Of a DNA stretch of 24,448 bases, positions 15,877 to 24,448 are shown piece after piece (the first letter of the stretch is position 1; every line of letters begins with the position of its first letter). Source of the DNA: a virus (lineage: Duplodnaviria; Caudoviricetes); IMG/VR virus record IMGVR_UViG_3300038797_000107, positions 1 through 24,448 of that record. One strand, written 5' to 3'. Under the pieces are notes generated by a model. It was not told the DNA's origin. It worked only from the letters and a program-made list of their open reading frames with translations, and ran no database searches. Position numbers and translations under genes: made by a program.

Positions 15877-16443
15877 TCAGTGCTTGTGGTTGGCGGTGTT
15901 GCCGGCCGTGTCGATGATTCGGGCGTCACCGTAGATATCGCCCGTGACGCGTAACGCGCCTTGAATCAGCATCGGCCCGGTGAAACGCAGCATGGGCGCC
16001 ATAGCTTCAATGGCCGTCTCCGTTACGGTAACGACCGACCCGCCCACCTTGATATCCACCTGGCCGGCCGGCAGCTCAATGCTGTAGCGCTTGGCCTGCC
16101 AGTCATAGGTCAGCGAACCGCCGTCCTCGAACAACCAGCGCTGGACATGGTCGCGGTCATCCGGCGCCGGCGCAGGGCCGCTGTACAGCCCCGGCAGGAA
16201 TGTACCCTGGCTTACATCACCGCTGGTACTGATCAACACCCCCTGCTCATGCATGCCAGGGGCAAGCCAATGCCGCGCACCAGGTGCAGCACCCAGGCTG
16301 TGCCAGCGCACCCAGGCGCTGGTCCACTCGCCATCGGAAACCCGGCACACCGGCGGATCGGCAGCCAGGTCGAGCGCCACGACCCTGCACTTTCGGATCA
16401 TGCCGGCAATCATCCGGTCATGCTCAGCCAGCGGGTAGCTCAT
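15877..16443 (-). CDS. gpV: Baseplate assembly protein V / tail spike (188 aa from the MSYPL start)
   Basis: AEHDRM, SAWVRWH..A..ARHW..P...EQG, FEDGGSLTYDW and C-terminal NHKH (HxH metal-binding tip). GAGAGG RBS before ATG 16443. Confidence 0.92.
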   Translation of the reverse strand: MSYPLAEHDRMIAGMIRKCRVVALDLAADPPVCRVSDGEWTSAWVRWHSLGAAPGARHWLAPGMHEQGVLISTSGDVSQGTFLPGLYSGPAPAPDDRDHVQRWLFEDGGSLTYDWQAKRYSIELPAGQVDIKVGGSVVTVTETAIEAMAPMLRFTGPMLIQGALRVTGDIYGDARIIDTAGNTANHKH

Positions 16444-16969
16444 CCGGTATCCTCTCGATCTCGACATAACCTTCGGAAAGCGGTCTCCCACTTCCTGTAG
16501 TGCCTGTAGCGGCCGGGCCGAGCTCAGTGGGCCACGGCCACTCCTCTTCACCGAGATAGATGACCTGAGTCCATTCGACGACCCAGACCGCGAAGATATC
16601 CAGCTCGGGACGGCTCCAGTCACGCTCTGCACGGACAAACTCAGCAAACCCGATAGGGAGCCCCCACGATTGCCCGCGAAGTAGAACCGCAAGCTGCGCG
16701 GCAACGAAGGCAGCAACGCGAAGGCAGTTTTTCTCCTCTACCGGGACAATTGCACGGGCCTCAAAACGCGCCTCCACGGCGGTCTCGCCAGTCCCCGGAT
16801 CCATATCCGCACGGTCGAATCCGGCCAGTTCCAGTACAACGGCTGGAGGCGGAACGATCTCAATCCCGTCAGGCATGGTACCGACGTAGGCCAGCCCTGG
16901 AATGGCGTCTTTGATATGTTGCTCGATAGCGGCATATAACTGCTCAAGGGGTATTGGATCATCATCCAT
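16424..16969 (-). CDS. Neck/tail-completion (tail terminator-like) protein
   Basis: Acidic 181-aa ORF between the gpZ-like gene and gpV, overlapping both, with PAVVLEL, DPGTGET and WVVEWTQ segments. Assignment rests mainly on position. Confidence 0.6.
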   Translation of the reverse strand: MDDDPIPLEQLYAAIEQHIKDAIPGLAYVGTMPDGIEIVPPPAVVLELAGFDRADMDPGTGETAVEARFEARAIVPVEEKNCLRVAAFVAAQLAVLLRGQSWGLPIGFAEFVRAERDWSRPELDIFAVWVVEWTQVIYLGEEEWPWPTELGPAATGTTGSGRPLSEGYVEIERIPDELPAG

Positions 16970-17624
16970 TGCCTAATCTCCGTAGATACTTCAACAGCTC
17001 GAAGTTCAGCTCCTGCTCCATTACCACAAGCAACCGCTGATGCGCCTTTCTCGTCCATGACTCGAAATGCGGCCTCACCTCTTCCAGCGAGATCTTCGCC
17101 TTAGCTAATGGAAATCGGCTGCTGTTCTCACCGACCCACCCTGAACTCGCCCCGCCTCTGGCAGAGACCTCACTGGTGGGATAATCATCAGAGTTGAAGT
17201 GCTTACTGGCAGTACGGATCCAGATATCCGGCTTACTGCCATACACAGTCCGGAAAAAAGCACCCTGGTACGAACGTCCGGCTACGGAAACACCTGAGCG
17301 GGATTGTCGAGGGCGGCCTGCTCGACTGGCTTCGATGGGATTCAAACCGAACCAGAGCTTGCCTTGGCCATTGCTGGCCACAGGGAAAGCTCTCAAGCGC
17401 TGACGGACCGCCGAAACCGCAATTCGCTCTTGTTGGCTCACCGATCTGGCAATGTGCGTGCGCAACCAACGAATGGTCTTATTGATTGCCCGCCGTTCAG
17501 CCGCCTTGATCGCCTTCGGCATCAAAGCTGCGAACTTTGTGAAGTTCGAAGCCTGCTGCACGTTCGCCTGCAGTGTGATGAGACCTGAACTTGACGACTG
17601 TTTCTGGTAACTGCCTATGCTCAT
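16962..17624 (-). CDS. Lambda gpZ-like minor tail/neck protein
   Basis: Basic protein with RAINKT..WLRT..R, VRQRL and GAF motifs. Follows the head-closure gene with an ATGA overlap. Confidence 0.7.
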   Translation of the reverse strand: MSIGSYQKQSSSSGLITLQANVQQASNFTKFAALMPKAIKAAERRAINKTIRWLRTHIARSVSQQERIAVSAVRQRLRAFPVASNGQGKLWFGLNPIEASRAGRPRQSRSGVSVAGRSYQGAFFRTVYGSKPDIWIRTASKHFNSDDYPTSEVSARGGASSGWVGENSSRFPLAKAKISLEEVRPHFESWTRKAHQRLLVVMEQELNFELLKYLRRLGNG

Positions 17625-17935
17625 GCTGATTTCCTCAGCACAAGGGTTACGAGCCCGTCGCCACCAGGCTCTATTCGGGCGATGGTGAAACTCCCACCTC
17701 CGTCTTCGGGCGGAAGATCAACCACCACGAGCTGCCGCGTAACGACATCCGAGCTATCGCAAACCCGGATGACGAAATGCGGCTCACGTAGGCCGGTATT
17801 GATCTGGCCAAGCTTGGGTTGCAGCCAAGGCGCCGAAAACATACCCACCACCTCCCGCCCCTCGATCAAAGCCGTATCGCCCAACACCTCAAACACGGTG
17901 TCATCGATATCGACAATCAGATCCCGGAAGCCCAT
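17621..17935 (-). CDS. Head-tail joining (lambda gpFII-like) protein
   Basis: 104-aa beta-rich ORF immediately after the major capsid gene, ending in EPGGDGLVTLVL. Confidence 0.7.
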   Translation of the reverse strand: MGFRDLIVDIDDTVFEVLGDTALIEGREVVGMFSAPWLQPKLGQINTGLREPHFVIRVCDSSDVVTRQLVVVDLPPEDGGGSFTIARIEPGGDGLVTLVLRKSA

Positions 17936-17937
17936 GG

Positions 17938-18933
17938 TCAGCGCTTCAAGCGAATAATCGCGCGAGGGCGGGTCACCAGGTGGAGCGGGTTCGACTGAGC
18001 TTCACCGGCCACCCCTTTTTTGAACTGCATCATCTCCAGTTGGCTGTAGTACGGCAGGCCTTCGGTATTGACCGTGTCCATATAGTCAGCTGGAGCGAAG
18101 CGCGTGATGCACAGCCCGGGCACGCCTTCCGGTACCAGACGCGCTTCGTCGTCAGGTACGAAAGCGATACCCGCTACCTTGCCACGGTAACGTTCCCAAG
18201 TGATCCCACCGAACTCGAACGATTCGCGGCCATCGGCACGGAGCGCAGCAGCGTACTGAGTACCCTCGTAGGTTTTCTTCACGCTCTGGTGCGCGATAAG
18301 CGCTCGCCAGAAGTTTTTGCCGCAGAACGCACGAGCACCGTTGCTGGTAGTGGCTCCAAGTGCTTCCTCTTGGGCATCCAGTGCGTCCACGCACTTCACG
18401 CGTACATCGGTGCCTGCGCTTGCCAGTTCCATCTCAATCTCGATTGGATCAAGCCCAAAGCGATCATAGATATCGAGCAGCACCGTACGCCCATCGGCAT
18501 CCATCACGTAACCGTTCAGGGCGCCCATGCGATGAAACTCATGGGTTGCATCCAACTGGCGACGGGCCTTAGCCAGACGCTTGTTTACGACATCCTGAAC
18601 CGCCTGCAGCTCGGTCTGTTGCCCGAAGGCACGAATACCCTGGATCTCATCTGCCTTGATGGCGAAACGTTCGGGGAGGTGCACGGTGTTGAATGGAAGC
18701 AAGATCCGCTTACTGCCATTGACCACCAAGCCCGAAGTACCACGCTCACCCGCCGGCACAAGGGCCAGGGTCTCGCCGTCCTTTTCGACCTGGACGGTCA
18801 GAGTGGTAACGCCCTCCTCCTCGAATAACCCCAGCTCGGCCAGACGGCCTGGCACAAAGGGTTGTTCGTTGATCGCAGCGGTAAGCGCAGGGACACTGAA
18901 CGCGTCGTCTTCAAAAATCTCGATAGCAGCCAT
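17938..18933 (-). CDS. Major capsid protein (lambda gpE family), 331 aa from the MAAIE start
   Basis: F...LTAAIN..P..PGRL..LGLF, ADEIQGIRAFG, THEFHRMGALNG, FAPADY..TVNT.GLPYY, QSNPL...TRP. GGAGG RBS before 18933. Confidence 0.94.
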   Translation of the reverse strand: MAAIEIFEDDAFSVPALTAAINEQPFVPGRLAELGLFEEEGVTTLTVQVEKDGETLALVPAGERGTSGLVVNGSKRILLPFNTVHLPERFAIKADEIQGIRAFGQQTELQAVQDVVNKRLAKARRQLDATHEFHRMGALNGYVMDADGRTVLLDIYDRFGLDPIEIEMELASAGTDVRVKCVDALDAQEEALGATTSNGARAFCGKNFWRALIAHQSVKKTYEGTQYAAALRADGRESFEFGGITWERYRGKVAGIAFVPDDEARLVPEGVPGLCITRFAPADYMDTVNTEGLPYYSQLEMMQFKKGVAGEAQSNPLHLVTRPRAIIRLKR

Positions 18934-18948
18934 GAAGGCCCTCCAGAA

Positions 18949-18975
18949 ATACAAAGCCCCGCACTGGGCGGGGCT
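18949..18975 (-). terminator. Terminator-like hairpin between decorator and capsid genes
   Basis: Minus strand AGCCCCGC-CCAGT-GCGGGGCT-TTGTATTT, followed by the capsid RBS. Confidence 0.55.
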
Positions 18976-18995
18976 GGAACAAAGTAGATTCGCTA

Positions 18996-19343
18996 TCAGC
19001 GAACGATGATGAACTGGGCCGCCAGGGCCTTCTCGCCGTCAGAATCGAGGCCACTCAGCAGCGCCTCGCTCACTTCAGCCAGGCGGACGACAGCACGCCC
19101 CCGGCGCACCACATCGGAGGACGCAACCGAGGCAAACAGGATGCACTTGGCCGTCTCGCTGCCGTCCTCGGCTTCGGGGCTGTACGGGGCAAACTGCCCG
19201 CTGGCCGTGAGCTGGCCGAGCACCTGGCCGGCCACCAGGGCCTCGCCGGGGGCCAGCTCGATCACTTCGCGGGAGATCTTGCCGGCGCCCTCGGACAGGA
19301 GGAATTCGCCGGCATGTACCGGCTCTACGTAGGTTTTGCTCAT
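18996..19343 (-). CDS. Head decoration protein (lambda gpD-like)
   Basis: EFLLSEG.G.ISRE, L.AGQVLG, DGSETA..IL and R.AEV motifs. Lies between protease and capsid. Confidence 0.88.
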   Translation of the reverse strand: MSKTYVEPVHAGEFLLSEGAGKISREVIELAPGEALVAGQVLGQLTASGQFAPYSPEAEDGSETAKCILFASVASSDVVRRGRAVVRLAEVSEALLSGLDSDGEKALAAQFIIVR

Positions 19344-19345
19344 GT

Positions 19346-20512
19346 TCAGGCTCCTTGGCCGGGACGGGGTTGTGTGGCCTGCCGACGGGCAGCCCAGATG
19401 CTGCTGGGGTTGGGTGCTTTCGCCTGGACCTTCTCCGGTAGGTCATCTGCTGGAGGCAGGCTGTTGTCGATCTCGAAGCCCTTGCCGCTGCCGACCAGCT
19501 TGTCGAACAGACGCGCCCGTACTGCGGTCGCGTCCAAGCCGGCCTGGACATACTCACCGGTCATCTCGGGTAAACGTGCTGCGACACAAAGATCCCGCAC
19601 GGCCTTGGCGCGGGTAAGGGCCGCCTGCACAGTGGCTTCGTCCGCGAGCTTGGTCGAGGCGATCAGCGGCTCGACCAGGTTGCTGATACCAGCCTTGGCA
19701 CAGGCCTGGGTGATCATCAAGGCTAAGGCTGTCGAATCACTGGCTGCCGGCTGCGGTGCATCTGGCTCGTTTTCGGGCTCATTTACAACGGGCTCGGTCG
19801 GCTCATCCTTGCTTGCTTTGAGCTGATCCAGCAGCGCCTGCGGGGTGTTCCGGTAGCGTGCCATGGCAGCGCCCTGCCCAAGGCAAGCCTGTACCTTGAC
19901 ACCATCGCCGACTTCATCGGCCAGCCCCAGCGCCAGGGCCTCCGAGGCCGTGAGCCAGGTTTCTGCATTGACCAAACGCCGCAGCTCATCCTCATCAATG
20001 TCCGGCGCCTTGGCCTTGTAGGCTGCGATGATCACCTCGAATGCCTGGTCGAGCACATCAGCCACCCGCCGCAGCTCGTCCGCATCACCACCAGCCCAGG
20101 TATAAGGGTTATGGATCATCAGCATGGCATTCGATGCCATGACCACGCGGTGAGCACCGCAAACCGCCACGCTGCCTGCACTGGCGGCCAAAGCATCGAC
20201 CCGGCCCGTACAACGCTCACCCAAACGGCTCAGCGCGTTATGAATAGCGAGCCCCTCAAACAAGTCGCCGCCATTGGTGTTGAAGGCCACAACAACCGGT
20301 GACACACCGTCGTCCACTGCCTTGAGATCTTGGATGAACTGGTTAGCAGTGATGCCCCAGCCGCCAATCTCGCCGTAGACATAGACCTCGATCACCTTCG
20401 AGTCGGCATCACCTTCCTCCGCTGCAGCAGTGATCGAATACCAATGCCCATCCTCGACTTGCGGGAGGGCCTTTGCCTTGTTGAGGATGCGGAACGGCAT
20501 CAACGGTTTCAT
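19346..20512 (-). CDS. ClpP-type head maturation protease with C-terminal scaffold region
   Basis: YGEIGGWG, N..GGD.FEG.AI.N.L, AASAGS (catalytic Ser), MIHNP (His) and ETWLTA.EA..LGLAD. Confidence 0.94.
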   Translation of the reverse strand: MKPLMPFRILNKAKALPQVEDGHWYSITAAAEEGDADSKVIEVYVYGEIGGWGITANQFIQDLKAVDDGVSPVVVAFNTNGGDLFEGLAIHNALSRLGERCTGRVDALAASAGSVAVCGAHRVVMASNAMLMIHNPYTWAGGDADELRRVADVLDQAFEVIIAAYKAKAPDIDEDELRRLVNAETWLTASEALALGLADEVGDGVKVQACLGQGAAMARYRNTPQALLDQLKASKDEPTEPVVNEPENEPDAPQPAASDSTALALMITQACAKAGISNLVEPLIASTKLADEATVQAALTRAKAVRDLCVAARLPEMTGEYVQAGLDATAVRARLFDKLVGSGKGFEIDNSLPPADDLPEKVQAKAPNPSSIWAARRQATQPRPGQGA

Positions 20513-22002
20513 GTTTTCCCCTTCTCGTCGGAGTCATCAGACTCGTCATCAATCGCCGACAAGCCGTTGTATTTGAGGCCCAGGGCATGCGCCCGGGCGA
20601 TGTCAGTGGCGTTCTCTTCATCCACGATCTCTGCATCGGTACCTGAGCGAAGGCACATCTCGCTGCGAGAGGTAAAGCCCGCCGCGACCTCGAGCATGCG
20701 CGCCTGTACGTCCTGCACTGGCTGGATGTACGCCCACCCCTGTGGTACCCACCGCGTACGCTGATACGTGCGACGGTTCAGGGTGTAGTCCACCAGGTCG
20801 AGCGCCCCGGCCAGCACCGCCATGTCCATCCAGGCGGCCCGCACCGGGCGACACAGCTGGTGGACATAAACCGAGAACTGCAGCTGCTCCAGGCGGCGGC
20901 GAAACTCGTTCAGCACCACCCGGATGACACGATCGTTAACCCCGCGCATGTCGCCGGTCATCAACTCGTAGGGCAGACCCGCACCAGCGGCAGCGGCCAT
21001 CAGCTGCTGCCGCATGAAGTCGGGGTAGTTGTTGCCGCCGTCAGGAGGGTCAGAGAACTCGACCTGCTCGCCTGGCCCCAGCTCCTGCATCGTGCCGGGT
21101 TCCAGGGCTACCATGGGGGTGAAGGCATCGCGGTCGTGAACAACTGGCGCACCAGTGAGCATGTCCATTGGTGGACCACTCAGCCCCTCGGGCGCCGGCT
21201 TGCGAACGAAGCCGGCGAACAGGTTGGCCACTTCCTGCCGGAAGAGCACCGCATCGTCGTAGTTGTCCAGGCTGCGCAGGCGTTTCAAGATCGGCGCCAA
21301 CCTGGGTACTCCACGCAACTGGCCGGGCTCCAGGGGCTCGAAGATGTGCAGCATCTGATCGGCCGGCACCCGTACAAGCGGGTTGTAACCGACGTTGAGC
21401 GATGCCTTGTCGCTGGGATGGTTGCGGTAGCACCAATAGGCGACCCTGCGGCCAATGCCATTAAACTCGATACCGGCCCGGATGGTGTTGCCGAAGCGTG
21501 TCACTTCGAACTTGTCGTGCGGCACGAATTCCGGCGCGAGGCACTGCACCTGCAGCGGCACCGCCAGGCCATCCTCCAACCGGCGTGGCCGCAAACGCAC
21601 GAAACATTCACCAGACTGCTCAACCGTGCGAGCCACCAAGGCCTGCTGGCCATAGAAGTCGGTGCGTTCGTCGGCATCCGACTCGTCCACCCAGTCCTCC
21701 CACAGTTCCTGCATGGCCTTGCGTAGGGCCTTGTCCAGCAACCTTGGCTGCGGCGTGATGCCGGTGCCGATCAAGTTGCTGACCCGTTTATCAATGACGT
21801 TTGCCGCGTACGGATCGTTGCGGACTGCAGCCCGTGAACGTGACCGCAGATTGCGAAGGGCCGGCATGATCAGGCTGTTGGGGCCAGTATCTGGCGCATC
21901 CCAGCCAGATGAACGCCGCCCCTCGGCGGCACCTTCATAGCTGGCCTTGATCCGCTCAGGCACCAGAAGCCCCGAGCGCGTGGAAATGTAGCGGCCGCTC
22001 AC
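20509..22002 (-). CDS. Portal protein (lambda family)
   Basis: LRSRSR..VRN, GECFVR, GIEF..GRRVAYW, GQLRGVP, L.PGE.V.F and WVPQGW.YI.P motifs. Confidence 0.95.
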   Translation of the reverse strand: MSGRYISTRSGLLVPERIKASYEGAAEGRRSSGWDAPDTGPNSLIMPALRNLRSRSRAAVRNDPYAANVIDKRVSNLIGTGITPQPRLLDKALRKAMQELWEDWVDESDADERTDFYGQQALVARTVEQSGECFVRLRPRRLEDGLAVPLQVQCLAPEFVPHDKFEVTRFGNTIRAGIEFNGIGRRVAYWCYRNHPSDKASLNVGYNPLVRVPADQMLHIFEPLEPGQLRGVPRLAPILKRLRSLDNYDDAVLFRQEVANLFAGFVRKPAPEGLSGPPMDMLTGAPVVHDRDAFTPMVALEPGTMQELGPGEQVEFSDPPDGGNNYPDFMRQQLMAAAAGAGLPYELMTGDMRGVNDRVIRVVLNEFRRRLEQLQFSVYVHQLCRPVRAAWMDMAVLAGALDLVDYTLNRRTYQRTRWVPQGWAYIQPVQDVQARMLEVAAGFTSRSEMCLRSGTDAEIVDEENATDIARAHALGLKYNGLSAIDDESDDSDEKGKT

Positions 22003-22205
22003 AGGCCCTTACCTCCATGGTGAAGGCGAACTATGCGGGAGCGCGGGCCGGCCGACTGCGCCAGCTCAGTCCGGATCAGATCGCGAGCCTTGATCAGCTC
22101 GTCTACCGTCCGATATTCGACGGTGCGGTCGCTGTAGCGAACAACCCGTTCGCCACGCGCAATCGCACGCTCGACAGCCGCGAGGTGTGCCTGGGTGTAT
22201 GCCAT
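21999..22205 (-). CDS. Head-to-tail joining protein (lambda gpW-like)
   Basis: 68 aa, AIARGE..V.Y.DRTVEYR..EL. Lies between terminase and portal. Confidence 0.88.
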   Translation of the reverse strand: MAYTQAHLAAVERAIARGERVVRYSDRTVEYRTVDELIKARDLIRTELAQSAGPRSRIVRLHHGGKGL

Positions 22206-22206
22206 G

Positions 22207-24243
22207 TCAGCGTCTCTTCAGATAGCCGCTACTTGAGCTGCGGCGTTGCATTGGTTGAGGTGCCGGGCGAGGCGGCGGTGGAGTTGCCCGTGGGGCAGGC
22301 CGAGCTGGGGGCGGTGGCGCAGATACTGGCTCTTCGTCGGGGTCATCATCCTCATCGCGTCCGTGCTCGATGACGGGTTGCTTCGCAGGTGATGGATCAT
22401 CAAAGAGACTGGCCTGGGCCATCGCCTGGCGCAGCTTGTCCCAGTCCTGTTCGCCGTAGCGATGCAGGCCGAGGTAATACGCCATGGCCAGGTTGTACAC
22501 CTGAAGGTCCAGCGCCTCGTTGCGGTCGGCCTTGCCCTTGACCCACTCGATCCGCTTGTAGCCCTTCACATAGCGGGCGATCTTGCGTTCTGCCACGCAC
22601 TGCTGGAAGAACTCGTCGGGAAGGTCCTTGGCGAAGTGCACCGCGCCCGGTCCCGACTCAAATCCGTAGCGGTTGTAGATCCAGTCCTTGGCGGTGTCGG
22701 TACCGATCATCCACAGCTCGGCACCGTTACGTTCGGTCTGGCCCTTCCAGGTGACATCCACCAGAGAGGGCCGTTGGGCGATTACTGGCTTGCCCGGCTT
22801 GCTCGCCCCCTTCAGAGCAAAGACGTTACGCCAACGGCGCACGCGGCAGAACTGATAGACCTCATGGGTGTGATGACCACCGGAGTCGATGCCTGTGGCC
22901 AAGATACCCAAGGCAACACCGCAAGGATGGCGGTATCGGGCCTTCAGCAGTCCATCAAGCAGATCCCATGTCCGTTGGTCTGCTGGGTCCCCAGGGATCA
23001 CCTGGAAGTCAACAACCCAGCGCTCCATGCCGACGCCCCAGCCGATCACCATCACCTCCAAGCGATTGGCCTGGACGTCGACAGAGCAGGTCAACACCAG
23101 GACGCCAACGGTGAGGGTGCCGAGAACATAGTTTTCTTGCAGAGCTCGCGCCTGCAGAACCTCGGCCTTGGTCTGCTCTACTGCGCTGTCCCATACCTTC
23201 GCCAACCGGGTGTTGTAAAACACCTGCATGGGCTCAAGGTCGCCACGATCCTGAGCGCGCTTGGCCTTCTCGTATTGCTTGGCCAGATCAGCCCATGATG
23301 TCCAACCAAGCGGGGCATACAGAGCGTTGAGGTGGAAACCAACCGTCTCCCCATCGCCCTGGGCGTGCGAGCGCCATTCCCCTTTGGTGAGCATCTCACC
23401 CTTGTGATGCTCCTCGATCAGCACATCGCAATCGGGTGAAGAGCACTTGTAATGGACTGTCTGGAAGTCAGCGGAGTACAGCAAACTCTCCCACTCCAGC
23501 ACCTGCATATGACCGCAGGTTGGACATGGCACGTAGTAGTGCCGCTGGTCGCTGGCCTCAAACAGATCAGCGATGCGTGAGGCCCCCTTGATGGTCGGCG
23601 AGCTGGAGAAGTAAAACTTCGCGTTGCGCCCAAAGGTACTGCCTCGTGTCTCCGCCAGCTCGATGGGGTCACCCTCTTCATCGACATCCACGTCCCAGCG
23701 GTCAATCTCGTCGCCGTAGATGTATTTCGCTGCGAGCTCGGCCAGGTTGGAGGCCGAGCCGGCTGTGGTCGCGTAAAGCGTGCCGCCCTCGAACTCCTTG
23801 GTATCCATGGTGTTGCGTGCATCCCGTGATCGGGAAGCAGCCACGCGTGCTCTCAGCTCGGGGGTCGCGGCGATGGTCTTACCGATCCTCGCTGAAACCC
23901 GCTTGGCCAAGGCCAGGCTCGGCAGCAAGGTCAGGATGTTGGACGGCGACATGTGGATCAGCGCGCCTATCCAGTTTAGGGCGATCTGCGTTTTCATGAG
24001 CTGCGAGGCGACCATGGTGATGACGCGCTTGCAGGGGTGCGCTGGTGAGAGGCAGCGCATGGGTTCACGGGCATACGGCGTCCGCGCCGTGCGGTATTTG
24101 CCGGGCTCGGCTGCACCGGTATCACGCGGAATCCGCATGTACTCGTCAGCCCATTCGTCCACCCACAATTCAGGGTCGGGCTGAAGCCCCCGGCCATACG
24201 CTTCGCGGTACACCTTTGCACCGTCCGCGTATCCGGTGGGCAT
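22207..24243 (-). CDS. Terminase large subunit (lambda GpA family)
   Basis: WADEY, RTPYAREPM, Walker A-like VASQLMKT, Walker B YIYGDEID, SSPT, CPTC zinc site, nuclease IDSGG and RNEALD. Confidence 0.96.
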   Translation of the reverse strand: MPTGYADGAKVYREAYGRGLQPDPELWVDEWADEYMRIPRDTGAAEPGKYRTARTPYAREPMRCLSPAHPCKRVITMVASQLMKTQIALNWIGALIHMSPSNILTLLPSLALAKRVSARIGKTIAATPELRARVAASRSRDARNTMDTKEFEGGTLYATTAGSASNLAELAAKYIYGDEIDRWDVDVDEEGDPIELAETRGSTFGRNAKFYFSSSPTIKGASRIADLFEASDQRHYYVPCPTCGHMQVLEWESLLYSADFQTVHYKCSSPDCDVLIEEHHKGEMLTKGEWRSHAQGDGETVGFHLNALYAPLGWTSWADLAKQYEKAKRAQDRGDLEPMQVFYNTRLAKVWDSAVEQTKAEVLQARALQENYVLGTLTVGVLVLTCSVDVQANRLEVMVIGWGVGMERWVVDFQVIPGDPADQRTWDLLDGLLKARYRHPCGVALGILATGIDSGGHHTHEVYQFCRVRRWRNVFALKGASKPGKPVIAQRPSLVDVTWKGQTERNGAELWMIGTDTAKDWIYNRYGFESGPGAVHFAKDLPDEFFQQCVAERKIARYVKGYKRIEWVKGKADRNEALDLQVYNLAMAYYLGLHRYGEQDWDKLRQAMAQASLFDDPSPAKQPVIEHGRDEDDDPDEEPVSAPPPPARPAPRATPPPPRPAPQPMQRRSSSSGYLKRR

Positions 24244-24247
24244 AGGC

Positions 24248-24448
24248 TTAGCTCTGTGTCATGGCTTGTTTGAGATCGGCGCTGCTCATCTTCGCCGCGT
24301 CGTCGAAGACCTGGCGAAACGCACCCGCGAGGTGTTTTTCGATTTCCCAAGAATCGCTCATGCCCGTCAGCTCGGCTGCGAGCTGTGGAGCAAGACCGAA
24401 CACCAGGTCCCGAAGCGTACGGCCAGCAGCGAAGGCGGCATCCTCCAC
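24248..24448 (-). CDS. Terminase small subunit, C-terminal part (truncated by the window edge)
   Basis: Open frame running off the window and ending 4 nt before the large subunit. Helical, with a Nu1-like 'RTLRD....LAPQLA.EL' pattern. Confidence 0.75.
   Translation of the reverse strand: MEDAAFAAGRTLRDLVFGLAPQLAAELTGMSDSWEIEKHLAGAFRQVFDDAAKMSSADLKQAMTQS

Larger units (their letters stand above)
1..24448 (-). mobile_element. Prophage/temperate myophage late operon (lambda-like head, P2-like contractile tail, lysis genes); extends beyond the window
   Basis: Continuous co-oriented, often overlapping series of terminase, portal, protease, capsid, baseplate, fibre, sheath, tube, tape measure, endolysin and spanin genes. 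The head genes argue against a tailocin. Confidence 0.96.

Noticed and set aside
1-16443. R-type tailocin (pyocin) cluster
   Set aside because: The tail and lysis genes resemble tailocins, but an apparently intact head and packaging module is contiguous in the same operon.
10324-18954. Longer ORF-track starts for the fibre (10470), hydrolase-like gene (13256), gpI (14366), gpV (16716) and capsid (18954)
   Set aside because: They overlap upstream genes or hairpins. The downstream ATGs have better RBS or coupling and match the expected family N-termini.

Overview
The whole window is the minus-strand late (morphogenesis and lysis) operon of a temperate myophage, most likely a Pseudomonas prophage (inferred from GC-rich codon usage and gene content). 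From right to left it has a lambda-like head module: terminase small subunit (cut by the window edge), terminase large subunit, gpW, portal, ClpP protease/scaffold, decorator, major capsid and neck genes. A P2-like contractile tail module follows (V, W, J, I, fibre H, sheath, tube, chaperone, tape measure, U, X, D), then a GH19 endolysin with Rz and an embedded Rz1. The main departure from the canonical layout is a translationally coupled two-gene insert between baseplate gene I and the tail fibre. It encodes a 172-aa adaptor-like protein and a ~946-aa protein with split GH8 (BcsZ/cellulase-like) catalytic motifs, a candidate virion-borne polysaccharide hydrolase or second receptor-binding appendage. 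Other points of note: a probable +1 (not -1) tail-chaperone frameshift, a recurring GTTAC-N2-GTAAC palindrome inside coding genes, terminator-like hairpins placed just before RBSs within the operon, and a LexA box over a plus-strand promoter that may drive a ~100-nt SymR-like antisense RNA at the left edge. All product calls come from motif recognition and gene order; no searches were run.
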